From positions 62,001 to 126,000 of the forward strand of contig JAPMXV010000009.1 of the NCBI GenBank assembly GCA_026936335.1: DNA of 64,000 bases, in the 5' to 3' direction. The notes beneath the pieces are model-generated. The model saw only the letters and a program-made list of their open reading frames with translations. It searched no databases and was not told where the DNA came from. Origin of the DNA: Mantamonas sphyraenae STR306 (Eukaryota; Protista; CRuMs). Position 1 is the first letter of the stretch. Each line of letters opens with the position of its first letter. A program made the translations under genes and the position numbers. Positions 47,238 through 57,832 of the stretch are shown one piece after another.

Positions 47238-50200
47238 TCACAATGCTTTCTCATCGTTGTCTTCCTGCACTGTGACGACAACATCGTCGTCTGCGACGTC
47301 TGCGGCACCGTCCACCTCACCGTCCACCTCGCCGTCCACCTCACCGTGCGTCTCGGCTGTTTCGTCAACAGGCTCTTCCTTGCTCTTTGCGATCAGAGAG
47401 GCAATTGCCTGGACTTCCCGATGGGCAGACAGCTCGCCATCATCCACACCGGCGTCGACCATTGCAAACACGGCACCCCACTGCCCACGCCCAACCGCCA
47501 TCGCCATTGCCGTCTCATCCGCAAACCTCACGCATGGATTGTGGTACAAGTTTTCACGATCCTCCATCGTCTTTGCAGCCTCTGCACCCAACGCAGGCAC
47601 AAACTCCAGCGCGGCCGCAAAGCCATCTTCGGCCCCAAAGGCAAGCAGTCGATGAAGCACCTTCCAGCCAAGCAGCGCCTGCCCAATGTGTGCCGATGCA
47701 AGCTCTTCACGCAGGTCATCCACATCGTACAACGCAAAAGCGCGCACAAAGGCCGCTGATCCGGCCTTGGGATCTTCTGCCACGTTCAACACAGCTTGGC
47801 GAAGCGTTGCGGGCACAGGCTTCGGCGTGGGCACACACAACTCTTTGTCCACGTCAATTTGCACGCGCGTGTGCAGCTCTCGCCTACGTTTCCAGGCACA
47901 AAGCGAACGTGTGACATCATCTTCAAACTGCTCGTGGTCGCCCCCGCTGATCGCTCGCGACAGTGTCCCGTTTGTTTCGGCCACCTCCGGATGAGCGATG
48001 CATTCCACATGCAAAAGGACACGCTGGTACGCATTGTTCGACTCTTTGTCGCTTCCTTGCTTCAACATCAACTCTCTGGCCAAATCCTGCCCAACTTTTT
48101 CACGCATGGCCAACATCACCAGCGGATAGATGCCACCCACGCCCTTGGTGCGCAGTGCAAACGACAGAGGCGTCTCTTGATCTGTCCACGGTCTGCCCTT
48201 GATCTTTTGGGTGGCGTGTGTGGCAATCGGCTGTCCGGGCGCTGCGCCAGCCTGCGAACGAATCCACGCCACAGCGCTGCTCTGGCCAGTGGCGAGCATC
48301 TCCAAGGCCAACATCGCCGGTGGAAAGTCATCCACATGCACCTCTTCCATCAGCCGCCTCGATGCAAGCTCTGCCCAGCGCTGCATGCGCTGGAGCATCG
48401 GCGTTTGAGCATTCATCAACGCGTCACGTTCGCTTGCAGACACACAGAACTGATCCCCACCCACGTACTCCTCCAGCGAGATTCCAGAAACGCTTTGCAT
48501 GCTCGCCACATCGACCATGCCCACCTCTGCCATTTCGTGTCGCCTGGCCCACAAAATCAGCGCAGGCGTCACCAACTCGCCATCCACGACATCCGCCACC
48601 AGCTTCTCCAACCCCTCCCCTGTTTCAAGGTGCTGCACCCAGGCTGTTTCTACAAGCACCTCCTCGGCCGTGCGCACGCCAAAGTCCTCCACTTCGTCTT
48701 CCACATCCTCGCGTGCGTGAGTGCGCTCTTCCCGCAGCTTGCGCCGCAACCCCTGCTTCCTCCTGCTTCCCTCCTGCGTGCCATCAAACCGAGTCATGCG
48801 TATGGTGTACGCTTTGTCCTTGATCTTTCCCTTGCCCTTGCCCTTGCCGTGGTGCGAAGCATCCTGCTGCCGCGCATCAACTCCTTCTCCGGACACCCCC
48901 TCCTCCTCCAACTCCTTGCCATCCAACACCAACGTGCCCATCTCAACTGTATCGTCGGTAGCCATTGCGGCTGCCAATGCATCACGCATCGTCTCGCCGT
49001 CCAGGACGACAATCCGCTTCGCTTTCTGCTCACCCGCTTCATCGTCGCTGTCCTGTTCGACGTGCATTTCCACAACACGCCTTCCTTGCAAACAATGCAT
49101 GTACATCAATTCTGACTTTGAGAATCCCATCATCTGTGGGATGACAAGATGGAACGTGTGCCACGTCTTTGTCGCTGTTTGCTGCATGTCGTCCCACCTC
49201 TCCAGCATCTTCATGTGCTCCACAGAGGTCAGTTCTCGCAGATTGATGATCTCCTCTGCATGTTCCACCTTCCAGCTCAGGACCATGACGAGCACACCGG
49301 AACCCAGGACGCCGCCGGTGACAAGCAGCACCAGCACGGACACAATGGTGCGGCCAGCCACATCATCTGCTGCCATCTGACTGCTCCCAATGCCCAGCAA
49401 CGCCACAATGCCGTTACCCACGAGCGCAATCAGATCGACACGTGTCGTAGGGCCGGTGTGCGTGCACGAGGTCGGCTCCGCGCGGCAGCGGTGGCGATGA
49501 CACAGGAAAGGGCGGCAGTACGCCACCAAAAACGCATTGGCAAACAAAACACACATCAACAACAGTGCTTGCGTGGTTTCCAGCTCTCCAGTGCCGACAA
49601 AAACGGGAATCACAGATACCAGGATCTTGCGCACCAGCACCGAGGACTCGAACCACCAGAAGCGCGGCTTGTACGCAATATAGAGGAATGAAAATGATTC
49701 GTGGTACAGTCGCTGCGCCTCTGAATCCGTTTCGTCTTGTTTCAGGGGCGTGTGGTCAAACAGATCGTGGCTGCGGCCGTACCAAGTGATCAGCACCATC
49801 GTCAACGGAACGCCCACCACCCAAAGCACAACAAACACAAAACTGACCCCAAACACTCCAGCGTACTCCGGATCATCCAAAGAGCACAAGATTCCCGGCT
49901 GCGCGTCCAAGGACAGCTGGCCGTCCGCCTGCAGCGTGCAATCGTACGGTTCCAGGGTGCGTTCACTCAGCCAGATGTATGCCAGCGACAGAAACAGCAG
50001 TGTCGAGTGCACAATGTGTCCCAACAGTCGGCGGTGAGTCGCGCTACGTAGCCACGGGCGTGCATCCCCTTTGCGTTGCCACGATTTCGTCGCCAGCGCA
50101 CGCGCCGTCTGCACGCCGTACATGATGAGAAACAAGCCCATGAAACCGACCGGTAGCAACACAACCATCAGCCACTTGTCGCCGTACGAGACAGGCACGC

Positions 50201-53200
50201 TGCACTCCGGGTTGATGATGTCGATGTTCAGCACAAGCAAGCCCATCACGTCGCGGAAAATGACCACCAGCTCCTGTGGCCATTTCAAGTCTATGGTTCC
50301 AATCACTGTCATGATCTGAGCAAAGTTGAGGAAAATCACGCTCACACTCGTGACCGACAGGAAGCGTTGTTTGACCCGTGCGGCCGCACTGGCCAACCCG
50401 TAGAACCCGCCAGCCACTAGCGCGGCCAACACCGCCACAATGGTGATGGTGACTCCGTTGTCCACCTGTGGACATTTGATGCAATCTGTGCCCCGTCGAT
50501 AGTAGCGCGGCTCGACGCTGCAGAAGCTGCACGTTCGCCCGACATGGCCTTCTTTGCACTGGCCGTTCCCAATGCAATGCGTAGCCGTGTCGCAAGCTAC
50601 ACACACGCCGGGCGCGTTTGTGTCAGACCACATTCCGGCCGGGCAAAACACGCGCACAGACACATTCTGGCTCCATTGTTGGCGGTTGCCGCCAATCGAC
50701 ACCGCAACCGTGCGCGGGAACGACACTGTCGTCAGGTCGCCGAATCCGGCCACCAACAGATCGCCACGTGTCCCGTTTGTGCCATTGATCACGCTCATGG
50801 GCCCACTGATGTCCACAAAGGGCTCGCCGCGCACGCTTCTCTGCACGCGCGCGCTTTCACTCGTCATGTGCTCGCCAATGGCCGTCACGGGCGTGTTGGT
50901 CACCGAAGCTGAAATTGTGTTCGGGACAACGGCTGTCAGCAGCGCAGGAGAATACATGGTGAAGCCAGAGGCAACAGTGAGAAGGCCCGAGGCATCCGTG
51001 TCCACTTGCAGCGATTGCACCCCTTGAGCCCCTGTCACGGCTGGCGTCACGCAGCGCATTGTGTTTTGGTCAACGTACTGGCCCGTAACTGAGATGCCGG
51101 CCACAATGCAGCGCAGGTTGGCCGCTGGTGAGACGGATGCAGACACGTCGATCACAGTGCCGCCTGTGTTGGGTCCTCTGTCAGGCGTCACTCCACGCAC
51201 ACCACCCGAAGTGAACACCACGCTGCGGCTGAATGTCTGTCCTCCATCCACACTGACACTGACGTCTGCCGGTCCAACCAAGGGAGAGAGAACTGGCAGC
51301 GACACCGTGGCCACCGTGTCGTTGAGGCGCTTTCCCTGCAGGTACACACTGCCACCTGAGAGTTGCACACGCACTGCAATCTCTGCGTCTGTGCCGTTGA
51401 TCGATTGCGTGCTGGTGAACAACCCGGTTCCAAACAGCGTCAAGTTGCCCATTGCCAGATTGCTCAGTCCCGCTGGTTGGACAGAGTCCAGGTGCACAAG
51501 GTCGCTGTACGACAGCATGCTGTACGTAGCGTTGGTTGGTGCGTAGTTTGTGCTGTTCGCACTGATGAACGAGACGTTGCACACGCGCAGCGGTACGGCC
51601 GACGCAGGCACGGTCGCATGCACAGTCGTGTTGTCCACCACCATCCCTGGAAACGAAAGCGACGAGCCGGTGCCGTTCATCAAGCGCACAGTAACCTGTG
51701 TGCCTGTTTCAGCAAACCCATCACCCGTCACCATGATGCTCGTGGCTTGCGTGAACAAACCTGCGGTTGGAGTGACCCCGTCCACTCGTTCTCCGGACAG
51801 TTGGAACACATCTTCCACATCCTTGCCGTTCTGTGCCAAAGAAATGGAGATGCCGCGCACAATCACGCTACGAGGAAGCGACACCGTCTGGAATTCGTAG
51901 TGGGTGCCCGTGAACACAGCCGACGCCTCACCACGACCTTTCCCTTGGTTGAAATCATTCACATACTCAAAAAAGACCTTTGCGATGCCGCCCGAGCGGA
52001 TGAAGCCAACACCCGAGATCCGTACGGTCCCCACAGTGTCTGCCGGCCACAGTGAAACGTCCGTGATGGAGGCTCCAGCAAACGTCTCCACAATGGTTTC
52101 GTTCGTGTGCGTCGTACTCCACAGGCTTGATCCATGCATCACTCGCACCATGTAGCGTCCGGAGCCCACTCCCGGGAACCGCGCCGGTGTGAAGGTCGCC
52201 TTCAGGTTCCTTGGATTCCTCAGGTTGCCGCACGACGCTGTCACGTTCACCAAAGGTGGATCAGTGACAGGATCACGTCGTTGGATGCGAGCCAGTGAGA
52301 GGAACACGGGCTCAACACACGCCTCCCTCATTGCGATCTCCATGGTGACGGGGCGGTCAAATGGGACCTTGTTCGGCGACAAAAGAGCAACCGGGTACGT
52401 GTAGCCATTTGCTACTGCAATGCCAATCACCCAAACTACCAACAGACCCATGATGAGCACACCCGTGGCCACGTCGGCGGGCGAGAAGTAGTCGTCGTCG
52501 TTGCCCGACAACCTGTGCTCCTCCATCTCCCAATCATTGGGCATCACGTCGTACACCAGTGCCAGCACATACACACCTGTGGCGACGTAGATCACCCACG
52601 CAAAGCTCAGAGCCCACGCAAAGTCGAGTTGAAACTCTGTCGACAAATCGTCAGGAACGGCGGCAAGCAGCATCGCCGGAAGGGCCACCATGGGCGTGAA
52701 AAATGGAAGCAACACAACGGGCTCGATGCTGAGGTCCTTTGCTGTGGATACCTGCGCTGTGGCGCGCCAGAAATGGACCAACCAGGCAATGACGCCGAGC
52801 ACAAACGCGCAAACACTGACGGCTCCCAGGAGGAAGGTTTGCGCAAAGCCCGACGCCACCACAGTCAAGCATGCGCTCACAACGGGGACGGCCAACGAGC
52901 TTCCCACTGCTTGGTTGATGAGAAGAGGCACCGGAAGCCAGGGAAGCAACGTCTCAAACCCAACGAGCACGAGCAGAACGACAAAGGCGGGAGATGCCGC
53001 TTCCACCGCAGGCAAGCTCAGCGCGTACAGAGCCAGAGGGACAGAAGCCCAGGCATTCAACAACCGAATGACCATTTCGTCTTCGAGGGTGCTGTTTGCG
53101 GTGATGCTGCAACACAAGCAGAGTGGCGCCAAAACCACGCCCACAATCCCCGCCGCAGACCCGGCATCGGTGGCAACAGCGCACGCCACAATGCCACACA

Positions 53201-53369
53201 GAAGCACCACAAACGCCTGTGCGTATCCAGTGGCCTTGAAGGACTGGCCGCTCTCGTGGTCCAGTGGGAACTGGGCAAAGAACGGGGCGTGCAGGCTCAT
53301 GTGGTTCTTGGTTTTTGTTGGCTCCTGTGCCGCGTTGGTGCATGATTGCATTGCATGGATCCATTGCAT
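47238..53369 (-). CDS. Large receptor-like membrane protein: N-terminal TM bundle, IPT/TIG repeats, Cys-rich region, 7-TM, cytoplasmic domain
   Basis: IPT motif VTPDRGPNTGGTVIDV...CVTP; CKEGHVGRTCSFC...CIKCP; 7-TM block NFAQIM...WP...FLYIAYKPRFWWFE...RK. The start may be the later ATG near 53300. Confidence 0.8.
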   Translation of the reverse strand: MQWIHAMQSCTNAAQEPTKTKNHMSLHAPFFAQFPLDHESGQSFKATGYAQAFVVLLCGIVACAVATDAGSAAGIVGVVLAPLCLCCSITANSTLEDEMVIRLLNAWASVPLALYALSLPAVEAASPAFVVLLVLVGFETLLPWLPVPLLINQAVGSSLAVPVVSACLTVVASGFAQTFLLGAVSVCAFVLGVIAWLVHFWRATAQVSTAKDLSIEPVVLLPFFTPMVALPAMLLAAVPDDLSTEFQLDFAWALSFAWVIYVATGVYVLALVYDVMPNDWEMEEHRLSGNDDDYFSPADVATGVLIMGLLVVWVIGIAVANGYTYPVALLSPNKVPFDRPVTMEIAMREACVEPVFLSLARIQRRDPVTDPPLVNVTASCGNLRNPRNLKATFTPARFPGVGSGRYMVRVMHGSSLWSTTHTNETIVETFAGASITDVSLWPADTVGTVRISGVGFIRSGGIAKVFFEYVNDFNQGKGRGEASAVFTGTHYEFQTVSLPRSVIVRGISISLAQNGKDVEDVFQLSGERVDGVTPTAGLFTQATSIMVTGDGFAETGTQVTVRLMNGTGSSLSFPGMVVDNTTVHATVPASAVPLRVCNVSFISANSTNYAPTNATYSMLSYSDLVHLDSVQPAGLSNLAMGNLTLFGTGLFTSTQSINGTDAEIAVRVQLSGGSVYLQGKRLNDTVATVSLPVLSPLVGPADVSVSVDGGQTFSRSVVFTSGGVRGVTPDRGPNTGGTVIDVSASVSPAANLRCIVAGISVTGQYVDQNTMRCVTPAVTGAQGVQSLQVDTDASGLLTVASGFTMYSPALLTAVVPNTISASVTNTPVTAIGEHMTSESARVQRSVRGEPFVDISGPMSVINGTNGTRGDLLVAGFGDLTTVSFPRTVAVSIGGNRQQWSQNVSVRVFCPAGMWSDTNAPGVCVACDTATHCIGNGQCKEGHVGRTCSFCSVEPRYYRRGTDCIKCPQVDNGVTITIVAVLAALVAGGFYGLASAAARVKQRFLSVTSVSVIFLNFAQIMTVIGTIDLKWPQELVVIFRDVMGLLVLNIDIINPECSVPVSYGDKWLMVVLLPVGFMGLFLIMYGVQTARALATKSWQRKGDARPWLRSATHRRLLGHIVHSTLLFLSLAYIWLSERTLEPYDCTLQADGQLSLDAQPGILCSLDDPEYAGVFGVSFVFVVLWVVGVPLTMVLITWYGRSHDLFDHTPLKQDETDSEAQRLYHESFSFLYIAYKPRFWWFESSVLVRKILVSVIPVFVGTGELETTQALLLMCVLFANAFLVAYCRPFLCHRHRCRAEPTSCTHTGPTTRVDLIALVGNGIVALLGIGSSQMAADDVAGRTIVSVLVLLVTGGVLGSGVLVMVLSWKVEHAEEIINLRELTSVEHMKMLERWDDMQQTATKTWHTFHLVIPQMMGFSKSELMYMHCLQGRRVVEMHVEQDSDDEAGEQKAKRIVVLDGETMRDALAAAMATDDTVEMGTLVLDGKELEEEGVSGEGVDARQQDASHHGKGKGKGKIKDKAYTIRMTRFDGTQEGSRRKQGLRRKLREERTHAREDVEDEVEDFGVRTAEEVLVETAWVQHLETGEGLEKLVADVVDGELVTPALILWARRHEMAEVGMVDVASMQSVSGISLEEYVGGDQFCVSASERDALMNAQTPMLQRMQRWAELASRRLMEEVHVDDFPPAMLALEMLATGQSSAVAWIRSQAGAAPGQPIATHATQKIKGRPWTDQETPLSFALRTKGVGGIYPLVMLAMREKVGQDLARELMLKQGSDKESNNAYQRVLLHVECIAHPEVAETNGTLSRAISGGDHEQFEDDVTRSLCAWKRRRELHTRVQIDVDKELCVPTPKPVPATLRQAVLNVAEDPKAGSAAFVRAFALYDVDDLREELASAHIGQALLGWKVLHRLLAFGAEDGFAAALEFVPALGAEAAKTMEDRENLYHNPCVRFADETAMAMAVGRGQWGAVFAMVDAGVDDGELSAHREVQAIASLIAKSKEEPVDETAETHGEVDGEVDGEVDGAADVADDDVVVTVQEDNDEKAL

Positions 53370-53388
53370 GTGTGCCTCACCCCCTCCC

Positions 53389-56300
53389 TCACAACTTGAT
53401 TTCCACCGTGCTCAATTGCGAGCGGGCCGACGAACTGCTCGCTGCACTGCCTCGCGATCCCACACTGCTTCGCGAGCTCGTTGAACGCACAGACCCACGC
53501 GACGAGGGCCTGCGTGGCGTCACGCGACCCCTACTGCTGCTGCCACCACCGCCACCCATGCTGGCACGCGACGACGAACGCGACGACCCCACGCTCGACC
53601 CGCTGCCTGTGCTGCTCACAGACGACCTCCTCGATGAACGCCCACTGCTCAGCCGGCTCGAGCTCGAAGGCATCTCCAATCCAATTTCGTCCATCACCTG
53701 CGCCAGCGTGAAGCTCACCTCTGGATACTCGCTTGCAAACGCCTGCAACGACAGCAACAGGTTCTTGTTGTATGCCCTGCGTTCGCTCAGGTCGATTCGC
53801 AGCTCCTCCGGCGCCACCTCGTCGTCCATTCCCTGTGTGCGACGAAACTCTCGCTGGCTCTTGTTGATCACCGCCTGCGCACGCTGCAACTTCTCCTCCT
53901 GCGCCGCCAGTTCGTTGTCCAGCCCCTCCTTCTTCTCCTCCTCCATCTTCACCTCCTTTGCCAGTTGCTGCTTCTCCCCAACCACCTGGTCCAACGTCTC
54001 GCCAAGCTCCTCCAGCTCCGCTTCCAGCTCGTCCAGGTTCTTCTGCTTCTTTCGCAGCTCCTTCATCGCCTCCCTGTACTGCGCCTCGATTTCCTCCTTC
54101 TGCGCCACATACTTGCTGTTTGCCTTGCTCAGCGACGCCTTGTGGTGCTGGTTGCGCTGGCCCAGCATCGACAGCGTCCTCTTCAGCGCCTTCACCTCCT
54201 TCCGCGCCTTTGTGATCGCCTTGTCCAGCTCGTCTCCCTTTCGACTCAGCTCCTCCTTCTCCTGAGCCGCCTTGATCACGTAATACGCCTGTGTGCGCTC
54301 CTCCTCGTCTTCTGTGCTGCCCAGCCGGCCCATGATCACTTCGTACTTGTTCTTCAGCTTGTCAATCTTGTGCGACCTTTCCTTCAACTCCAGGCCCGCA
54401 CGGTGTCGCTCTTCCTCTGCAATCTTCAGCTGTGCATTGAGCATGGACTTGTGCACGTCGATTTCCGCCTGCCTCTCCTCCATGCTCAGCTTCAGCTGCT
54501 GCATGCGGTTTTCCAGGCCCAACACTTCGTCAGCCCTGTAGTTCAGCTGGTCTCGCAGCCGCTTCACCTCCAGTTTCAACACGTTCTGCTGCACCATGAT
54601 TTCTTCCTTTCGCTTCACCGCCTCCTTCAGGTTTCGTTGCGCGCTGTCGTTGTCCAGGTTCAGCTCCGTGATCCTGCCCACCAGCTTCTCCCGCTCCGCC
54701 TCCAGGTTGTCCAGCTTCAGCTTCGACGCCTTCAGATCGATGTCCAGATGCTTCTGTTGGTTTGTCACCGTCACCAACACACGCTGCTGTTCGTCCAGTT
54801 CCTTCTGCAGCACCTGGATGCGCTGGTTCAGCACCTTCTTCTCGTCGTCTGTACGCTCGCCGCTCGCACGAGCCACCTTCCGCTCCAGCTGCTGGATGCG
54901 AAACTCCTGGTCGTACAGCAGCTCCTGTTGCTTCACTGCGTCTGCGTCCAGCTTCTGGATCTTGGCCTGCAGGTGTTTGCCCGAGGACTGCGCCCCGGTG
55001 ATCTCGGCGATCAAGTTTGATTCCTCCTGCTTCAGCTTGAACAGCTTCTGCGACTCTTTGAACGTCAATGCCTTGATCTGAGTCACCTCTTTCTCCGCCT
55101 CACGCAGCCGTGCCTCCTCGCGCGCCTCCATTGCCTCCACTTGGCGCACGCGTTCCTCCAGGTCTTCCGTTCGGTTCAACACCGCCTCCTTCTCTGCCTC
55201 TGTCTCCTCCAGCCGCTGGTGCGACTCCACCAGTCGCTCCTGCTTTGCGTCCAGTTCGCTGCGCAGCATTTGGATCTCGTTGCGGCGCGACTGCACGTCC
55301 AGGGCCGTCTTGTTGAGAAAGTTCTTCAGCACGTCCACCTCGTCCTGGAACAGCTCCAGCTGCCGGTTGGCATCCGTCAGCTTCTTGCGCTGCTTGCCCA
55401 CGTTGCGGTCCAGATTGGCAATGTTGGCTTCCACTTCGGTGTTGTTCTTCTTCTCCGTCTCCAGCAGCGCCATCTTCTCACGAATCACCTGCTGCTTCGC
55501 CTGCGCCTCAGCCTTGACCACGTTCAACTTCTTCTCCACCGCTTCGATGCTTTCGTCTCGCTTTGCCATCGCCTCAATTGTCGTCTCCCACTGTGCAATC
55601 AATTCCTGCCGCTCCTTGTGCAGCTTGCGGAACTCTTCGGCCGTTTTGTCCAGCTCGATCTGTGCCGCCTGCGTCTCCGTCACCTCCTGGTCCAGCGCAG
55701 CCTTTTTGTCCTGCACCGCACGTGTCAGGCGTTCGATTTCCAGGTTCATGTCCTTGATCTTGCTCTCGTCCGCCCTGTGGCCAGAATACGACGTGTGTGT
55801 GGAAAAAGTCAGCCCTCGCCTCCCACCCGCCGTCTTTCACCCCACAACCCCACAACGCTCGGTGCACACAACACCTACCTTTCGTATTTCTGAAGCTGCA
55901 GTGAATCCTCTTCCTTTTGCTTGGCTGCGTTGGCCCACTGTGTGTGTGTGTGTGCGTGTGTGTCAGGCTCGGCGAGGCTCTGCGACGCTGCGCGCCCCGC
56001 TTGGTCGTCTCCATCCGCAGCACGCGTTTGTCGTGCGCACTGCCGTCAACCTACGCTTTCCAGCTCCTCCTGGTTCCACGAAAGCTGCAACTTGAAGGCG
56101 TCGAGGCGTTCATTGCCTCGAAAGATGCCGTTGGTGATGGTGTTGAGCTGTGCGGGGCCAAAGTGTGAGTAACGGTTCGTTGGCGTTGGCCTGCCTGCCT
56201 GCTCCACGCCGCCATGCGTGTGTCTCTGCGTGTGCCCTCCCCACTACACGCTTCCATCCTTACCTGGTCACTCAGAGTCTCCAGTTCCTTCTCCATTTTC

Positions 56301-56620
56301 TGGTAGTCCATGCGAATGCGTGATGATTCGCGGTCGGCAAGCGACTGCAGATGACTCTCCGTCTCCGTTTCGCGGTTGACGGCGTCTGTAAACTGCTGCG
56401 TGTGTACCACTTCCTGGCTGACGTTCTTGAGATGGGATTCCAGCACGCCAATGCGCTCCTTGTGTTCCTTGGCCTCTGCCTCGATCACTGCCAGTTTCCG
56501 CTCCTTGTCCTTCACCTTGCGGTCCAGTTCCTTGTTCTCCTCCGACGCAAACGGGGGCAGCTCCTCCATCATCGAGTCCAGATCACCCTGCAGGGCTGCC
56601 AGTGTGTCTTGGTCACTCAT
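53389..56620 (-). CDS. CCDC39: Coiled-coil domain-containing protein 39 (axonemal ruler, FAP59), multi-exon
   Basis: LPPFASEENKEL, HLKNVSQE, ETQAAQIELDKTAEEFRKLH and TQAYYVIKAAQEKEEL motifs. Confidence 0.93.
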
Positions 56621-56682
56621 GTTGATTGTCTTGCGTGCTCCTGCGCCACCCCGCCCAAACCTGCTCCCACCGCACACGAACC

Positions 56683-57765
56683 ATGGGAAACAACGAGAGC
56701 AAAGCAAAGCGCGACGCCGTCAAGGAGTTCTCTTCCAAGTACAACCTGGGTGACAGTGCCATGGATGCCCTGTATGAAAAGTTCAAGGCAGTTGACCGCG
56801 AGTACGTTTTGCTGCCTTCCGCTCCTGCTCCCCTTCGTGCCCCTGGGTGACCTTTGGACACTGACACCCGCGTTTTTGTGTGCATTGCCTCTCTTTGGTT
56901 CGGTGTCAATGCCCCGTTTGTGCGGTGTGCCCCCTCCTGGACCGCTACCACCCCGTCTTGACGTCTCGTGCTTGCCCAGCGGAAGCGGAAAGATCAACGC
57001 AGAAGAGTTTTACCAATCGCTGGCGTTGGACGGCAGCGACGAGGACAAGGAGTTTGCCATGCAGATGTTTACCATGTTTGGTACGTTGTGGTTATGCCGC
57101 CGTACACGGCGGCAGCACGCCAACGGACAGGCGAAAGGGAATTTCTCGGAGGCACAGCCGCTCACTCTTCACACGACCCGCGCGTGCGCCGGTCACACAC
57201 ACGCATACACACACACGCACACATGTAGACGACAACGAGAGCGGCGAGATCGACTTTCGCGAGTTTGTCATCCTCCTCAGCAACTTTACCTCGCAGGGCA
57301 ATGTGGAGGAGAAGCGCGCTTGTGAGTTTGCGGCTCCTTGGTTTCCTTTGAGCCGTTTTCCCCGTTTGGCGCAAGACGGCACATCGTGGCATCGCCATGC
57401 TTTGCTCCATGACGTACCCATACGCTGTCTCTCAACACCGCCATGCAAGCAAGCGACTGTTTCCATTCCACTGACGCAACCTTCCCGCAAATCCACCCCC
57501 TTCGTCCTCTGCAGTCGCCTTCCAGCTGTACGACTACAACAACGATGGTACCATCGACAAGGACGAGTTTCTCAAGATCCTGCGCGCCACACTCTCGCTG
57601 AGCGAAAAGCAGATCGAGGAAAAGGCCTCGGCCGTGTTTGACGAAGCGGATTCGGACGGCGACGGCAGCATCACCTGGGAGGAGTTTGTCCTGCTGAGTG
57701 AAAAGTATCCCGAGTACCTTGACTCGCCCTTCAACGCCGTGTTCAACACCCACTTTTACATCTGA
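56683..57765 (+). CDS. Myristoylated four-EF-hand calcium sensor (calcineurin B/NCS-like)
   Basis: MGNNES myristoylation signal. EF loops DRDGSGKI, DDNESGEIDFRE, DYNNDGTIDKDE and DSDGDGSITWEE. Introns 56802-56979, 57081-57228 and 57322-57514. Confidence 0.9.
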
Positions 57766-57832
57766 GCATGGCAAGGAACAAAAGCAAACACTTCCCCTCG
57801 CTTTTCTCGCGCTTCTTCCCATCCAATGTCCC

